A DNA stretch of 56,307 nucleotides, counting the filler, from Trypethelium eluteriae (taxonomy: Eukaryota): assembly GCA_051942245.1 (NCBI GenBank). It is 2 parts of 2 records of this genome, joined end to end, with 100 filler letters (N's around TTAATTAATTAA, not from the genome) between each part and the next. Parts side by side here need not be neighbours in the genome. Positions count along the whole stretch, not along the records: positions 1 to 28,114 come from JAVECL010000316.1; positions 28,215 to 56,307 come from JAVECL010000317.1. One strand, written 5' to 3'. The notes under the pieces were generated by a model. That model did not search any database and had not been told where the DNA came from. It worked only from the letters and a program-made list of their open reading frames with translations. Shown in pieces: positions 25,146 to 37,793 of the stretch; position 1 is the first letter of the stretch, and each line of letters begins with the position of its first letter. The position numbers were made by a program, and so were the translations under genes.

Positions 25146-25772
25146 TTCTTGTCTCCTCAATTACATTTCTTCGACAGGGGTACGTATCTCGCTGGTCATG
25201 ACTGAATCAGAAGCTCGGAGATGTCGCGAGTGAAAACAATTTGGGCTGTGGGGCAGCAAAATCTACGGCAACCCAGATGTGCCAAACCCACATCCACCAA
25301 AACAAGTCCCTTAGAATACAAAGACGTCATCACTATTTATCCTTCCACGCAAGCTGCACCACGATATCTCTGAACTCTTGGCCTACAGCTTCACTCGAGC
25401 ACCTTCTCAACTTCAGCCTCATCTATTGGACCGTTTCCCTTACTGCTCGATGGAGACGTCTAGGTATCATGGCCTCGCCTGCACGAGGCGCCTTCATTAC
25501 TCAACAGCCATTGACTAGGACACGCTCGCCTGCCCATTGAATGGAGGGTCAAAGAAACTCTCGAAGTCAATTCCTAGGACGTGCGGAGAAATCCTTGTTG
25601 ATCTTCGAACCATACACGCTATACTAGTCTGCTCGGCATTTATCCTCACTGATTACGCCGAGTGACGATCACCGCTTAAGATTCCGGTGAGGGTATATAA
25701 TGCTAGAATTCTTCCTGTACGTCTATCCTTACTGTAGTAGAGATATTCGATCTCAGGCAGAGACTCTCCAAA

Positions 25773-27176
25773 ATGCTGTTCTTGTCTATCATTTGCGTAC
25801 TTCTTTCTCTAAAGACTCTAGCTTTGGCGCTCCCCCTTGGACAAGTGGGAACACCAGCCAGTAGCCTCAATCAATCGTCTCCAGAGGCATTTGCAAAGCG
25901 TAGCTATTTCTACATTGGTGGCAGATATATTAATGCCACACAACCAGTAGGTCCACTGCGGCAAACCCGTTCTAAGATATAACCCAGAACTAAGTTTAGT
26001 AGCAAGCTGGCAAATACTATACCAGTGGAACTTACATGGTTGATCAATTGTACGTTGAGCGATTGGAGCCTCAAAATATCCAGCAAAAATATCCTCTCCT
26101 TTTCTGGCATGGAGCAGCTCAGACTGGAACAGTATGTGATTACTTCTTGTCAATCTCACTCGTACCTGGACATCCAATCAATCTTGGCAAGCTTTTGATA
26201 TCTCCAAGATCAGAAATACTAGCACATGATATCGTATCCATAAAGAAGCCGAGAAATCTGCTGATATCACCACAATATTTGGTCGAGACTTACAATGACA
26301 TAGAATTGGCTAAACACCCCTGATGGACGGGAAGGCTGGGCATCGTATTTCCTGCGCCAAGGCTATGTGGTTTATATCATCGATCAGCCTCAACGAGGGC
26401 GGAGCCCCTGGCTCCCTGATAACTCCTCCTTCGCTATCCCTCCCACTCAATACATCGAGACCTACTTCACCACCATCCAAGACTTCAATCTCTGGCCTCA
26501 AGCCCACCTCCACACTCAATGGCCCGGCACCGGCCTCCCCGGCTCTGACCCGGCCTTCGACGCCCTCTACGCCTCCCAAGTCCAACTCCAGCTCAACGTC
26601 ACCGAGTCCGAAGCCAATAACCGCAACGCCGGCGCTGCCCTCCTCGACCGCATCGGCCCAGCCATCCTAATCACCCACTCCCAGGCGGGTGCCTACGGCT
26701 TCGGCATCGGCGACGAGCGTCCCAATCTCGTGAAGGGCCTCATCTCGATCGAGCCGTCGGGCCCGCCGATTGCGGCGCCGAACACGACGGCTGGCGCCAC
26801 CCCACAGGTCTGGGGAGTGACGACGCTGCCGGTGGCGTACGAGCCTACAGTGAGTGATCCGGCGACGGGTTTGAAGACGGAAGTGCAGTCGCCGGTTGCG
26901 GAAGGTGTGGTGGGGTGTACGGTGCAGCTTGAGCCGGCGAAGCGAATGGTAAATCTGGCGCAATTTCCCATTGCGGTCATGACGAGTGAGGCTGGATATC
27001 ATGCGCAGTATGACTACTGTACGGCGGCGTGGTTGAGCCAGGCCGGAGTGGATGCGGAGTGGTTGAACCTCCCAGCGTTGGGAGTACATGGAAATAGCCA
27101 CTTTGTGTTTATGGAAAAGAATAGTCTCGAGATTGCCGGACTGGTACAGAATTGGATACAGAAGAAGGGTCTGTGA
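25773..27176 (+). CDS. Secreted alpha/beta-hydrolase (esterase/lipase-like), 3 exons
   Basis: Signal peptide, RSYFYIGGRY, HGAAQTGT|NWLNTPDGREGWA, DQPQRGRS, nucleophile THSQAG, EPSGPP, GNSHFVFMEKN. Introns about 25947-26002 and 26132-26303. Confidence 0.87.
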
Positions 27177-28049
27177 CCTAATTAGCCCGGGGATCTCCCT
27201 AGAATGATATATGTTCCAAATTACCATTATCATTCAGCTTTGAACTGCTCCTGGTTTGCTGAATCTAGCTCGCCTGGATAGACAACTGGCGAAGGACTGC
27301 TCACATCGACCTCATATGTACGAATATATCTCAAGTTAAGGAATACTGACGTTATGGCGTTCCCGCTATTCTCAAGATTTCCAGCCACAAATTGACAGCT
27401 AGGGCAAAAGGTCGCGCTCTGCTCCACAGTCTGATTTAAGACAAGGGCTGTGATAGTTCCAGGCACCGGTGCAATTCGGGCCATCTGGCACGAATATACT
27501 GGCTATTGCAGCGTCCTACTCTCAGTTCCTGTGAGAGGTTGGAACAAGTGGAGTCGTGAAGAAGGATTAATTTAGTACTCTTAGAGGATACTCGATCTTA
27601 TCCATTAAGTCTAGGTGTTTAGTTCCCAAGCTGGGATACTGGAGCAGGTGTAAAAGATTAGTTGCAGCGCTGAACCTTTATCTCAGCCTATCGAGTCAAG
27701 CTGATGATGCTTTTATCTTGCAAATTGTGAATGCATCCCATAATAACCAAGATTCGTGGCATTATCGCTTGTACGCTGGTCGCGAAGCCTGGTCAGGTAT
27801 TTGGAACATGGTTTTGCGGCATTGACACAATTCTGACTTTCTTTCTCTACAATTTCTTTCTGTATAATCAGGTAGCCGCCATCCTATATACAACACACTC
27901 CGTGGCGTCAATTACCGATCCCACCGCCAGACTCTTATGAGGAAGATTGAGGTCTGCACTTGTACTGTCACTACTATTAGAATCTCGATTGCCACCAAGA
28001 TTACCATCAGGTCTGCCGGATATTGAGCTCTAATGTGAGGCCATGTCCC

Positions 28050-29670
28050 TTTCACTCCGCCTTCTTCCCCAGCATAGCTCGGAAATCGTCCTGCGTCTTC
28101 CCCTTGCTCTCCCCNNNNNNNNNNNNNNNNNNNNNNNNNNNNNNNNNNNNNNNNNNNNTTAATTAATTAANNNNNNNNNNNNNNNNNNNNNNNNNNNNNN
28201 NNNNNNNNNNNNNNCTCCTCCCCTTCCTCCGCCGGCAACCTCTCCCGCTCCACCTTCAACAGCACCTTCTCCCCCACCGTCGCATCAAACTCGAATCGCC
28301 GCTCCGACGGCACAGCCTCCCAGCTATGAATCCGCGACGCCTCGCGCGGGATCGCACCGCGCCGCACCGCGAGCACAACCATCGCCGTCGTATTCTCCGT
28401 GAAGATTTTCGTGTTCTCTGGGACGGGGACTACGCGCGCTGCCCAGAGCTTGTTTTCGAGGGAGGCGAGGCCGGTGAGGCGGAAGCGCACGGTGGCGCCG
28501 ATGCCGCCGACGCGGTCGAGGAGGTGCTGTGGGGCGGGCCGGGGGCAGATGAGGACGTTGTTGGCGAGGTATTGGATTTGGTTGGAAGGGGCGTGTTGGG
28601 ACTGGACGAGCTCGATCAGCTTGTCGGTGTCTGGGGGAGAGAGGATATAGCCGGTGTAGAGGACGTGCCGGGTGAGTTGGAGGGGATTGAGGTTGGGAGA
28701 GGCGGTGCCGTCGAGGATGGCGTTGTTGTGGCTGTTGATCATGCGTTGGACTTCGGCGACTTCGGTGACGGGGTTGAGAGAGGTGGCACCTTCGGGGACT
28801 TGGATGACTTCGGTGGTGATTGGCTTGCGTGGAATTGGGGTATCTGGGAGTTGGAGGGTTTGGTTGAAGGTGTGAAAATATTCGCGGAACTCTTTGACGT
28901 GCCTGGGTCTGTCCTCGTAGATGCGAAGCTCGTCAGCGTGCTTGTAGGTGTAGACCAGATCAGACAGCAATTCTTGTTTGAATTTCATGGTGCTGCCGAA
29001 CTTCTGATTATTTGGTCCAACAGCCGGTTTGAGACAGGTCATGTGGAACTCAAGATTCTTGCTCTTGACCATACGTTTAATTATATCCGCAAAATTGCTT
29101 TCGCCTCTGCCTGTTAGGAGAACACAGAGTGCGTCATTTAGCGCCATAGTCAACTCCACGAGCTCAACCTAGATTGTGTTAACATGACCTCTGCTGACAA
29201 GTATGTACTGTGCTTACGATTTCTTCATTCCACCATCCCTTCCATGCCTTCGGTTCTTCTTGTTCTATACCTTCTCCAGTGGCTGCTAGAAGCTTGTCAT
29301 CATGCCACCAACCACCATTCAGAAAAGCATCTTGATTTTGCAGGAAACCAATTGTTGGACCATTCCAGATTTGCTTGTTCGGTAGAGGGCTCGAAAATAC
29401 TGATGGATAGTAAGCTTTGAAATTTCTGAAGTAAAGGTCGAACTTTGGAGGTGCCTACAGGTATTGTCGAAGTCGTAAATATGAATAGTCTTGATTTGCT
29501 CTACGCCTGGCAAGATGTCAGAAGAATGCGCATAGTACTCATGCCGTTAGAAACTCACTGGGTAGCTGCTTATCATCGCAAGACCAACGCCTTAACGCAG
29601 TGATGGTATGTGAAGCGCCATTCGTGAAATTATTGGAACTCGTCCATGTCTTGGAAAAGGTATGTGACAT
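28050..29670 (-). CDS. HAD-superfamily 'Swiss army knife RNA repair-like' domain protein (3' end uncertain)
   Basis: Spliced exons give TITALRRWS, IHIYDFDNTLF, GGWWHD, GWWNE, LLTGR, TMKFKQ, IYEDRPRH. The reading frame crosses the N-gap, so the stop cannot be fixed. Confidence 0.82.
28115..28214. other. Assembly gap: 44 N + TTAATTAATTAA + 44 N
   Basis: Exactly 100-nt symmetrical spacer with a linker giving stops in all six frames. Artificial scaffold join. Confidence 0.97.
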
Positions 29671-30202
29671 GTTGAACGAACGAATTTGTAGCGAAAGGCG
29701 CGTAGGCAGCACAAGGATGAAAGGCGCAGAGGCCAAATCTAAGGACGAAGCTTCATTGTAGCAGAAGGACGAATCAATCAATGATGTTGAGTATTGCAGG
29801 GTTCAGAAGGACCAGTGCGACCCTGAGCCTGACGATATCATCGCAGCACCCCAGCTCATCGGCTGCGGTGCCCTGCCGCAAGGCGGAAGCTACCGAGACT
29901 GACCCACCAGGCGGCCCGGCGAAAAATCCACCGAGGCGATGGGCATCTTCAGAATGCGAAAGACTACCTAATTTCAATGCTTCTTCAGGCTACGGCGAGG
30001 CAGAGAGGCCCAAACAGCTGAGTCTTCCGCAACATCGCATCTTACGAATCATTCTGCATCATCTGTAGCCTGCGCCATCTCTCAACACCCAAAGACAAGG
30101 GATACATCAAGTATATCTGAGCTGTCACTCACACTTTCTACCTCTAGCCGTTCGCCACTCCCCGACATATTTCCTGGGAGAGGCCATATCGCATGGCTTT
30201 GC

Positions 30203-31139
30203 ATGGAAGATAGCGAGACCGTGATCAGGCAGGAAGTCCTCCACAAGACTTTAGAAGAGACAAATCAAACACGAGTTGCCCAGCATACAAGCTATCAGAA
30301 GAATGGGGGCCTTGAGTCATGCGTTATTTGCTTGGACGCCATTACGGAACGCGCTGTTGCGGTGCCCTGCAATCACTTGAACTTTGACTTTCTATGTCTC
30401 GTGAGCTGGCTCCAGGAGCGCTCAAGGTGTCCTCTCTGTATGTACACATCCTATAATTACTTATGCTATTACTAATGTAAGACTGGAAGGCAACACCCAC
30501 GTTTCCGAAGTCCAGTATGATTGGAGAGCTCCTAATGACTACAAAAGCTATCGCACAGATACTGTCTCAAAGGCTCATTCGGATATCCCGTCCTCGTTGC
30601 CATCCTTCTCAGATCCTGTGCAGCGTCAAAGAAGACCACCGCGCCCGCGGCGCCATCAAACGATAGAATGGGGCCGTCCAGTAAATATGGACGAAGATGC
30701 TTCTCTCAGGCAGCGGCGACATATTTATCAGAACCACTTGTACTCCCTTCACGTTGGCTCCAATCGAGTCTCAAGATTTCGCGATTTCACACCACAAACG
30801 TTCGCTGCTAGCGAGGAGTTACAGTCACGGGCGAGAATGTTCATTCGAAGGGAACTACGGGTTTTCGAGTTTCTCAACACCAACACAAATCGTTCTCGTG
30901 ATCAAGATGCTGGTAGAAGAGCAAGGAATGCAGAATTCTTGCTTGAATACATCATCGCGATATTGAAGACCGTAGATATTAAGGGCAGTGAAGGGCAGGC
31001 GGAAGAGATGTTACAAGAATTTCTCGGTCGCGATAATGCAAGATTGTTCTTACATGAGCTTGGAGCTTGGTTACGGAGCCCGTACATGTCACTTGGAAAT
31101 TGGGACCAAGCGGCACAGTACCAAAATCAAGCAAAATGA
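30203..31139 (+). CDS. C3HC4 RING E3 ubiquitin ligase-like protein (Topors-like)
   Basis: CVICLD...[13 protein letters not shown]...CPL|C across intron 30438-30489. C-terminal FIRRELRVF...[25 protein letters not shown]. Confidence 0.85.
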
Positions 31140-31659
31140 CTGAAATTCCCCAGATTCTTTCCAAAGACGTTGCGCGGAGGCGGTGATTGAGTTACGTTGC
31201 ACGACGACGTGCCATACCAAGGTATGAGTACGATTAAGTGAGCCCCAGCAAAGGTTTAGAACAATCAAGTGGCACGCAGCACACCTTCCAATCTCTATAC
31301 ACCCAGTAAGTGTTCAGAGAAACGGTCGGTCAAGATTTACTCATACCAGTGAGGATCTGCTTTCCCTCGTCACGGTCGTCATCTATGTGGGCCCACGATT
31401 CCATGTCAGGTTCACTTGAAAGTGGATACCAATAGTCATACGGCAGCGCGAACGCTCCTTCGCAAGAAATATACACGTGCTGCGTTTGGGCCGCACTGAA
31501 TAACGGCTCTTCCCTGATACTCGGTGCTTTAAAGAGCTTAGGATTCAGTGCTTTCTTCACGTTCTTGCCCGTCCATCCGGAACTACACCTGTCTTGGCGA
31601 GAGCTCGCTTCCTATTTCGAGCCTAAGAGGCACCTATCGATATTTCCTTCCTGCGACCA

Positions 31660-31917
31660 ATGGCTACCATCATTCAATCGAGCAACATTCACGCTGATGT
31701 ACGCAATCACTTGGTCAATAGCCCCTTCAATCCAAACCAATGTGCCTGCGGCTGGTATAACTATTACGCCAATGGATGCGGCCATCTCTATGCGTCCCAT
31801 CAATACATTTGTGGTTCCACCATCACAAAGTCGGGGAGGAGTGGGTTTTGTAAGACACCTGCTCCTCGGCACACCGTGAATGGCGCAAGAGTTGCGGGAA
31901 ATTGCCCGACTTGCTAG
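31660..31917 (+). CDS. Small Cys-rich hypothetical protein (85 aa, no signal peptide)
   Basis: ATG in good context (CCAATGG). Seven Cys in CACG...GCGH...CG...FC...CPTC, compatible with a zinc-binding module. Confidence 0.6.
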   Translation: MATIIQSSNIHADVRNHLVNSPFNPNQCACGWYNYYANGCGHLYASHQYICGSTITKSGRSGFCKTPAPRHTVNGARVAGNCPTC

Positions 31918-32538
31918 CCTTTGCAGGTGAGAAGATATTCGGACGGTTACTCGACTTGTGGTCGATGCTTCAAACGCATTTTCGGCTGATCAGAATTAGT
32001 GTGATTCCACGAGACCTCGCAGTCACTGTTCACTCGCTTGGGGTCGAGGTGGGGTCTCAAGGTATACTACGAGAGTGTGATATATAATACGGAGCTTGGG
32101 GTTGCCAACTTGGATGAACGGCGGATTTATGAGTCCATTAAAGGTGCTGGTGGCCTGGAAGAGAACACCGGTGCCTCACTGGGTCATTGTTCATTGTGTA
32201 GACTGAGGGCAGGCTTCTGAAGGGGTGCTGGTCTTTGCTGTTCTTTGATCAACCTTGGCTTCCTAATAGTGACCAGTTTTTCAGCAACACCTGTGATGCA
32301 TGTGCAAACCAATACATGTGAGACTTATCCATAGACATTATAGGCATGCACCCTATCTGGAGCTTAGTAAATACCTGGTAAATTAATGTGATATTCCGAG
32401 ACCGGCCCCACGTCCTTCGAGCCGCTCCCAATGACCAACCCTTCATTAACAATATCTTCTCTGGAGCTCGAAGCGGCTTTCTGCTCACCGAAAGCCGGAT
32501 ATCCTGAGGTTGAAGTCAACTCCTTTCCACCAATTATC

Positions 32539-33726
32539 ATGATTGACCCGCAATACAAACTTTGGCTCGCCGGCGCCTCTATCATGGCAAATGTACACAC
32601 GGGGTATATTATCGACTGGGATCAACGCCGCTGGTATGCGGTGAAGGGCTCGCCAAAGTTACTACCGGATGATGATACTAAGGAAATCGACGTCTTGAAG
32701 CGTCACATCGATCAGCTTGCTCGGAATGTCTACTCGATTACCGTCGACGACGAAGGGCTCCTTGTCTCAGTATCTACGAACCCTGAAGAAGACCCTACCT
32801 TGATTACTCATTTTCCCCGTTACGCCACCGCACCATCTCTTCAAGACTGTTCCACAGTAAAACTATCAAGCCTCACTGAAGTGGATCGGCTTGGGCCTGG
32901 TGTGGATCTGATGAGTTACGCCGAGAGCCCTACTGTCGAGAAAAAAGTTGTATTTAAGTATAGCATGATATTTGAACGGAGGAGGCAGATATGGGCTGAA
33001 ATGCATCTCCTCAAGAGCCTTCCACGACACGCAAACCTTATTCCCTTCGATAGCGTCGTTCTTGATGACGTTGAATCACGAGTCCTCGGCTTCACCACAA
33101 CTTATATCCCCGGAGGAACTCTTGATAAAAATCGAGATCAGACTTTTCGGTTCGAGTGGCTACAGCAGCTTACCGCCGTAGTTGATTTCCTGAATCTGGG
33201 CCTTGGAGTTATACACCAGGACATCGCGCCACGAAACCTCGTGATTGATCCGGAGACAGACAAGATAAGATTGTTCGACTTTGATCGCGCCGCTCGAATT
33301 GGTCACCCAGGGTGCTTTCCAGAGAGAAACGATATCAGTGGGCTCGTTTTCACTCTTTATGAATTAGTCACATACGATGAACAGTTTCGGAAAGTACCGT
33401 TTGAGGAGCAAGATCCAGAAACGGTGCAAAATCTCGACTGGCCGGTGAAACGCAGGCTTGATAGTGATATTTCTCTATTCAGAAATCATCTGAATGCATG
33501 GGTCCACCGGCGGACAGAAGCGTGTGAAGTTGGAGACACACAAGATTTCAAGACCTCCGACACCCCTGATATACCACCACCTTCTCCCATTATTACAGGG
33601 TACAATGAGCTTGCGCTCCCAACTTACGAGACGGCTGTTGTAAGAATGAGAACCGATGCGCTAAAACTCAAGCAAAACATCGTCTCTTGGGAGCGCCCTC
33701 CGCAACGAGCGATCAAGCTTCAGTAA
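32539..33726 (+). CDS. Atypical fungal protein kinase-like protein, intronless
   Basis: VVFKY lysine, IWAEMH alphaC, HQDIAPRNLVID catalytic loop, LFDFD, N-terminal IDWDQRRW motif. An in-frame upstream ATG at 32431 is also possible. Confidence 0.82.
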   Translation: MIDPQYKLWLAGASIMANVHTGYIIDWDQRRWYAVKGSPKLLPDDDTKEIDVLKRHIDQLARNVYSITVDDEGLLVSVSTNPEEDPTLITHFPRYATAPSLQDCSTVKLSSLTEVDRLGPGVDLMSYAESPTVEKKVVFKYSMIFERRRQIWAEMHLLKSLPRHANLIPFDSVVLDDVESRVLGFTTTYIPGGTLDKNRDQTFRFEWLQQLTAVVDFLNLGLGVIHQDIAPRNLVIDPETDKIRLFDFDRAARIGHPGCFPERNDISGLVFTLYELVTYDEQFRKVPFEEQDPETVQNLDWPVKRRLDSDISLFRNHLNAWVHRRTEACEVGDTQDFKTSDTPDIPPPSPIITGYNELALPTYETAVVRMRTDALKLKQNIVSWERPPQRAIKLQ

Positions 33727-34115
33727 GATTTGGAACGCGACTTGAAGAAACTCGAGCACCAGAAATAAAGTCATGCTTTCGCAGCCCTCCTGCGCGAAAA
33801 TGAGTGGCCGAGATCTGATCTGAGTAGTACAGTTACGATAGGTTGTTACACAGCAGGAGGCGATCGCCGATAAACTTCGAACTCACTGTGCTCCCTCCGA
33901 CTGACTTCACTCCTGCGTCCGAACTTCGTTCCATGAGTAGTTCACAGTGAACCGATAGCTTGACAACTATGGCATTGGTGGCTAGAACTCGAGTTTTTGC
34001 CCCAAGATACCCAATTTTTGGCAGATTTCGTCTAAAGAAAATTTTCCCACAGCAAATTTTGGTTGGTTTTCAACAGCTCGACGTCTTCTGCTAATTTTCA
34101 CTCAACCATGAATAG

Positions 34116-34862
34116 GCCGCTTGTACTCGCTTCCTGAGAGGTGTGGGTGGTCAGCTGCGCTTGGGGATGAGGTCTCCGTCGTTAGGATGCGGTCTGTAAG
34201 ACATATTGAGGAGATGAGTTTCATAAGCATACAGAAGATTATGCAAACCCTGGAGACATTTGTCGAAGAGTGGAAGAGCTCAGAGTACAATCGGCTTCCA
34301 TCGAAGCTGCACGCTATTCAAATCTGGCAGTGAGTTCTTGCCACCAACGGGTAGGAATACAAAGTGTCTAGGAAGTGACCCGGAAGCCAGAGTGATCAAT
34401 CCGAGTGACCTGTTGAATTTTCACGAATCGAGGTTCGCATACTTGGACGTTAGATTGTATGACCAGTTGAGCTGGCGCACGGGCTATCAGCGACACCCCA
34501 GTCGACACAAATTCATAATTGAGTTCGAGGATAAATCGATAACTTCCTACTTTAGAAAGTTCGAGCATCTGCCTGACGACCGGCTAAACTGGAATAGCTG
34601 GGCAGACAAATTTGAGAAAGGTGTTCAAACAAATCTCTCCAATTTCCAAGGAACTCTCCGTAACGGTATTCTACAACGCAACCCCTTTCCTTCCCTGCCA
34701 GGTCGACAAGCTATTCCAGACAAGGCGGATCGGCTGAGAATCTGGAAAGCAGAAGCTTCAGAAGAAGACAAAGAGCAGAGACGCCTGGACTTCGAAGAGC
34801 AAGTGAGGCTGTACGGGATGGAGATTGTGGAGCAACATGGACGAACAAGGCACCAAAGATGA
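34116..34862 (+). CDS. Hypothetical protein (spliced; start unresolved)
   Basis: Two coding-like frames can be joined by a GTGAGT intron after LHAIQIW to give IWHDPEARVINPSDLLNFHESRFAYLDVRLY. No family recognised. Confidence 0.45.
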
Positions 34863-35880
34863 AAGCAGGAACTCCTTAAGGGAAACAGTACATCGGAGAG
34901 TTTTCAGTAGCACACCGCAATTCTATCCAGAAGGGCAAAGGACTGCATGATTGAGCAGCTTGGACTGTTACAAAAATCATCGATGAATGTGAAAACAAGA
35001 GCCTGTGAGGTCGTAATCAAGTAAAGTGGTAGGCCGGTTAATCTTTAGATGGCAACCTCTTGCGGCTGGATTCTCTGAGGACTGAGCAAGGGTATGCCGA
35101 CAGCTGTACGTTCAGACAGCCTGAGATAGAATTACTCCTATTGCAGTGGTACAGCAGAATGAATACCAACTCTTGTTTCCTTGGACAGACTGCAACCCTG
35201 GGGGGGCCGACGGACTGGCGCAATTACTTCCGTGAGGATGGTCAGAACAAATCCGCACACAGTATTCAAGCCAACAGCATCCCAAACACCAATGCAGATG
35301 ACTAGTCTATGTAGAACACAACGGCTACGAGACGATATAGGCCAAGTGTTGGCTGAGCCGTTGGTCTATGGAGTAACTTCGCATTGATGATGTACCCCGT
35401 ACTGCGTAGTTGTAGTGCAGAGTTGGGGTTGGGGTCGTGCTGACAGGGGTATCGACACGACTGGACTTTTCGTTGACAGATACGGGCATCCAGTTCAAAT
35501 CAGGTACCTAACGCAAAAATCTTGCTACCCCATACCGTATATCCCTTGCTACTCCGCGCGCATTAGGCGGATAAGCCACGGCTTTTCGCCGACAAGTCTT
35601 CCTGTGGATCGTCACAATGCTGGCTCTGGACATGTCCGATAAGCCTCAGAGTGCTCCAGACAAGATCATGGCCGTTCTTCATAGGCTGTCCGTCAAATTC
35701 TACCACCAACTGTGATAGCCAACATCCGAGTATTGAAGCCCCAGATGGCCATCCCCTCGTTGATGGTATTTGTTGGTCACTGTCGCACTCTCAACGGCCC
35801 CCAAGTATCTACTAAATGGATCTGCTCCCAATGCCCATGAGCCTCATCCAGGGGTCATTAATCACTCGGAGTTGTTTGCT

Positions 35881-37294
35881 ATGTCCATCCGATTTTCACT
35901 GCCATCTCTTGCCGCATCTGCACTAACAGGCACTCATATTCTGCTCGGATTAGCATCGTTAGTAACAGGAGGGACCCTGAAGCAATGCCCGGATGCGCAA
36001 TTGAGCTGCCATAACACGTCGGTAGTTGAAGATACGTGCTGCTTGAATTCTCCTGGGGGACAGGTAGTTCAGACCCAGCTTTGGGAGTGGCATCCATCCA
36101 CAGGCCCGGAAGATTCCTGGACGATCCATGGCTTATGGTAGGTGGGCACGTTTCGGGAAGACTATTGCTATGCCAAGCCTATAAGCTAATCTTTGCAGGC
36201 CGGATAATTGCGATGGCACCTTCGAGTCATACTGCGACCCCAAGCGAGCGTATAGAAATATTGTACAGATACTGGAAGAGGGGGATGCGAAAAATGATAC
36301 AATGTCATTTATGGGAACATATTGGAAAGAATCGGGTGGTCGTGATGCATCATTCTATCAGCACGAATGGTCAAAGCACGGGACTTGCATCAGTACACTG
36401 CAGCCTAAATGCTATTCCGCCTATCGTCCTCAAGAGGAGGTCGTAACGTACTTTGAGAAGACAATCGAACTTTTCAAGACGCTCCCGTCATTCAAAGTAA
36501 GTCTGTCCCAAGCTACTCTATGTTATCCGAAGAATGGATTGGCGATTTGGATGTTAATAGTCTACATAGTGGCTATCAGACGCCGGGATCACCCCGTCAA
36601 ACGGCAAAACATATGACCGCACCGCCGTTCAAGCTGCCCTAGAAAAGGGATTTGGTCATCCTGTAACGATCAAGTGCCACTACGGAGAACTCGATGAGAT
36701 ATGGTACCACTTCAATATCAAGGGCAGCTTCGATACAGGCCACAATGGAGGTGTCGATAATTTCGTACCTTCCACACCTCAGGGTATTAAGAGCACATGC
36801 CCGAAGCAAGTCAGGTACATTCCGAAATCGCGTGGAAGTCAGCGGCACTCTTCTCCAGATTCGCCAGGACACGGATGCGGAAACCAAAGGCCATTCAAAG
36901 GCAATGGCCATCTGAATGTATTGATTAGCGGGCAGCAAAAGGGATTTTTGATCAGTAATGGAAAACTGGCAGCCCAAGGCCAGCCCGCTTCTTACCGTAC
37001 CAAGTGGAATGGTACTGGCTATCATCCGTTTATCCCTCATGACAAGACTGATATGTAGCAGGTCAATTCTTCATCCTCACCACTACCAAAGGTGTGTGTG
37101 GTTTTGTCAGAGGAGCTTTCACCTGTGGTGATAACGTAAGTCCGGCGCAATTCAGCAGCAAAGGTCAAAATCTGGCGACCTCACGCGGCCACACTACTTT
37201 CTTTACGGATGCCATCCCCTCAGCTAAACGGCAGCAACTCGTCTACACACAAAGCTCGAACATAGCTTTTCAATTAGCGTGGCAGTGTATCTAA
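35881..37294 (+). CDS. Secreted/vacuolar ribonuclease T2 with C-terminal extension, 4 exons
   Basis: Exons 35881-36137, 36199-36496, 36570-37011, 37062-37294. CAS I WTIHGLWPD, CAS II HEWSKHGTC, signal peptide. Confidence 0.93.
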
Positions 37295-37793
37295 TTGTAC
37301 AACTCATGATGTACATCCACGGGCTCCTTATTTGCAATCCACTTGTCCTACCGCAACGCTGAAATTAAGTATAGTTCGTCGACTCAATTGACTTGAAAAA
37401 CTGGCATGGTGAGCATCTCACTATCCATAGTTCGCAAAACTAGAAAACGCAATTCATTATAGATGTCAAACTGCAATTGGACAAATAGGCTACCTAATCC
37501 CAAGTGTTTGAAGGTCTCCCACACTCAAAGTCACGTTCGATCTTTGTGCGTGCGTGACTTCGCCACAAAGACTCGACAGCAATCACACCCCAAGGGGTGA
37601 TCTGAACAACTTCCCTCTGCTGGACCAAGTAGGTCACTGCTACCTCCCTATTTCACTCTGCCAAAATCACCATCTCCAATGCATCGAGCATCAAAACAAA
37701 TCTCTGGGTATATTAGGGCCTGGTGCACTAATTTGCCAATGCCTCCACTCCTCTTTGCTATGCTTCGCAATTTGCGAGGCGCAAGTCTGCGAC

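Noticed and set aside
27230..27484. 84-aa minus-strand ORF
   Set aside because: No recognisable motif or convincing gene structure.
28159..28170. TTAATTAATTAA palindrome inside the N run
   Set aside because: Synthetic six-frame stop linker in a 100-nt scaffold gap. It is not biological, and the apparent stop at 28167 is an artefact.
28326..29117. Long antisense ORFs (also 4055-4687, 26667-27233, 51087-51596, 24622-25233)
   Set aside because: Shadows of codon-biased genes on the opposite strand with no independent motifs.
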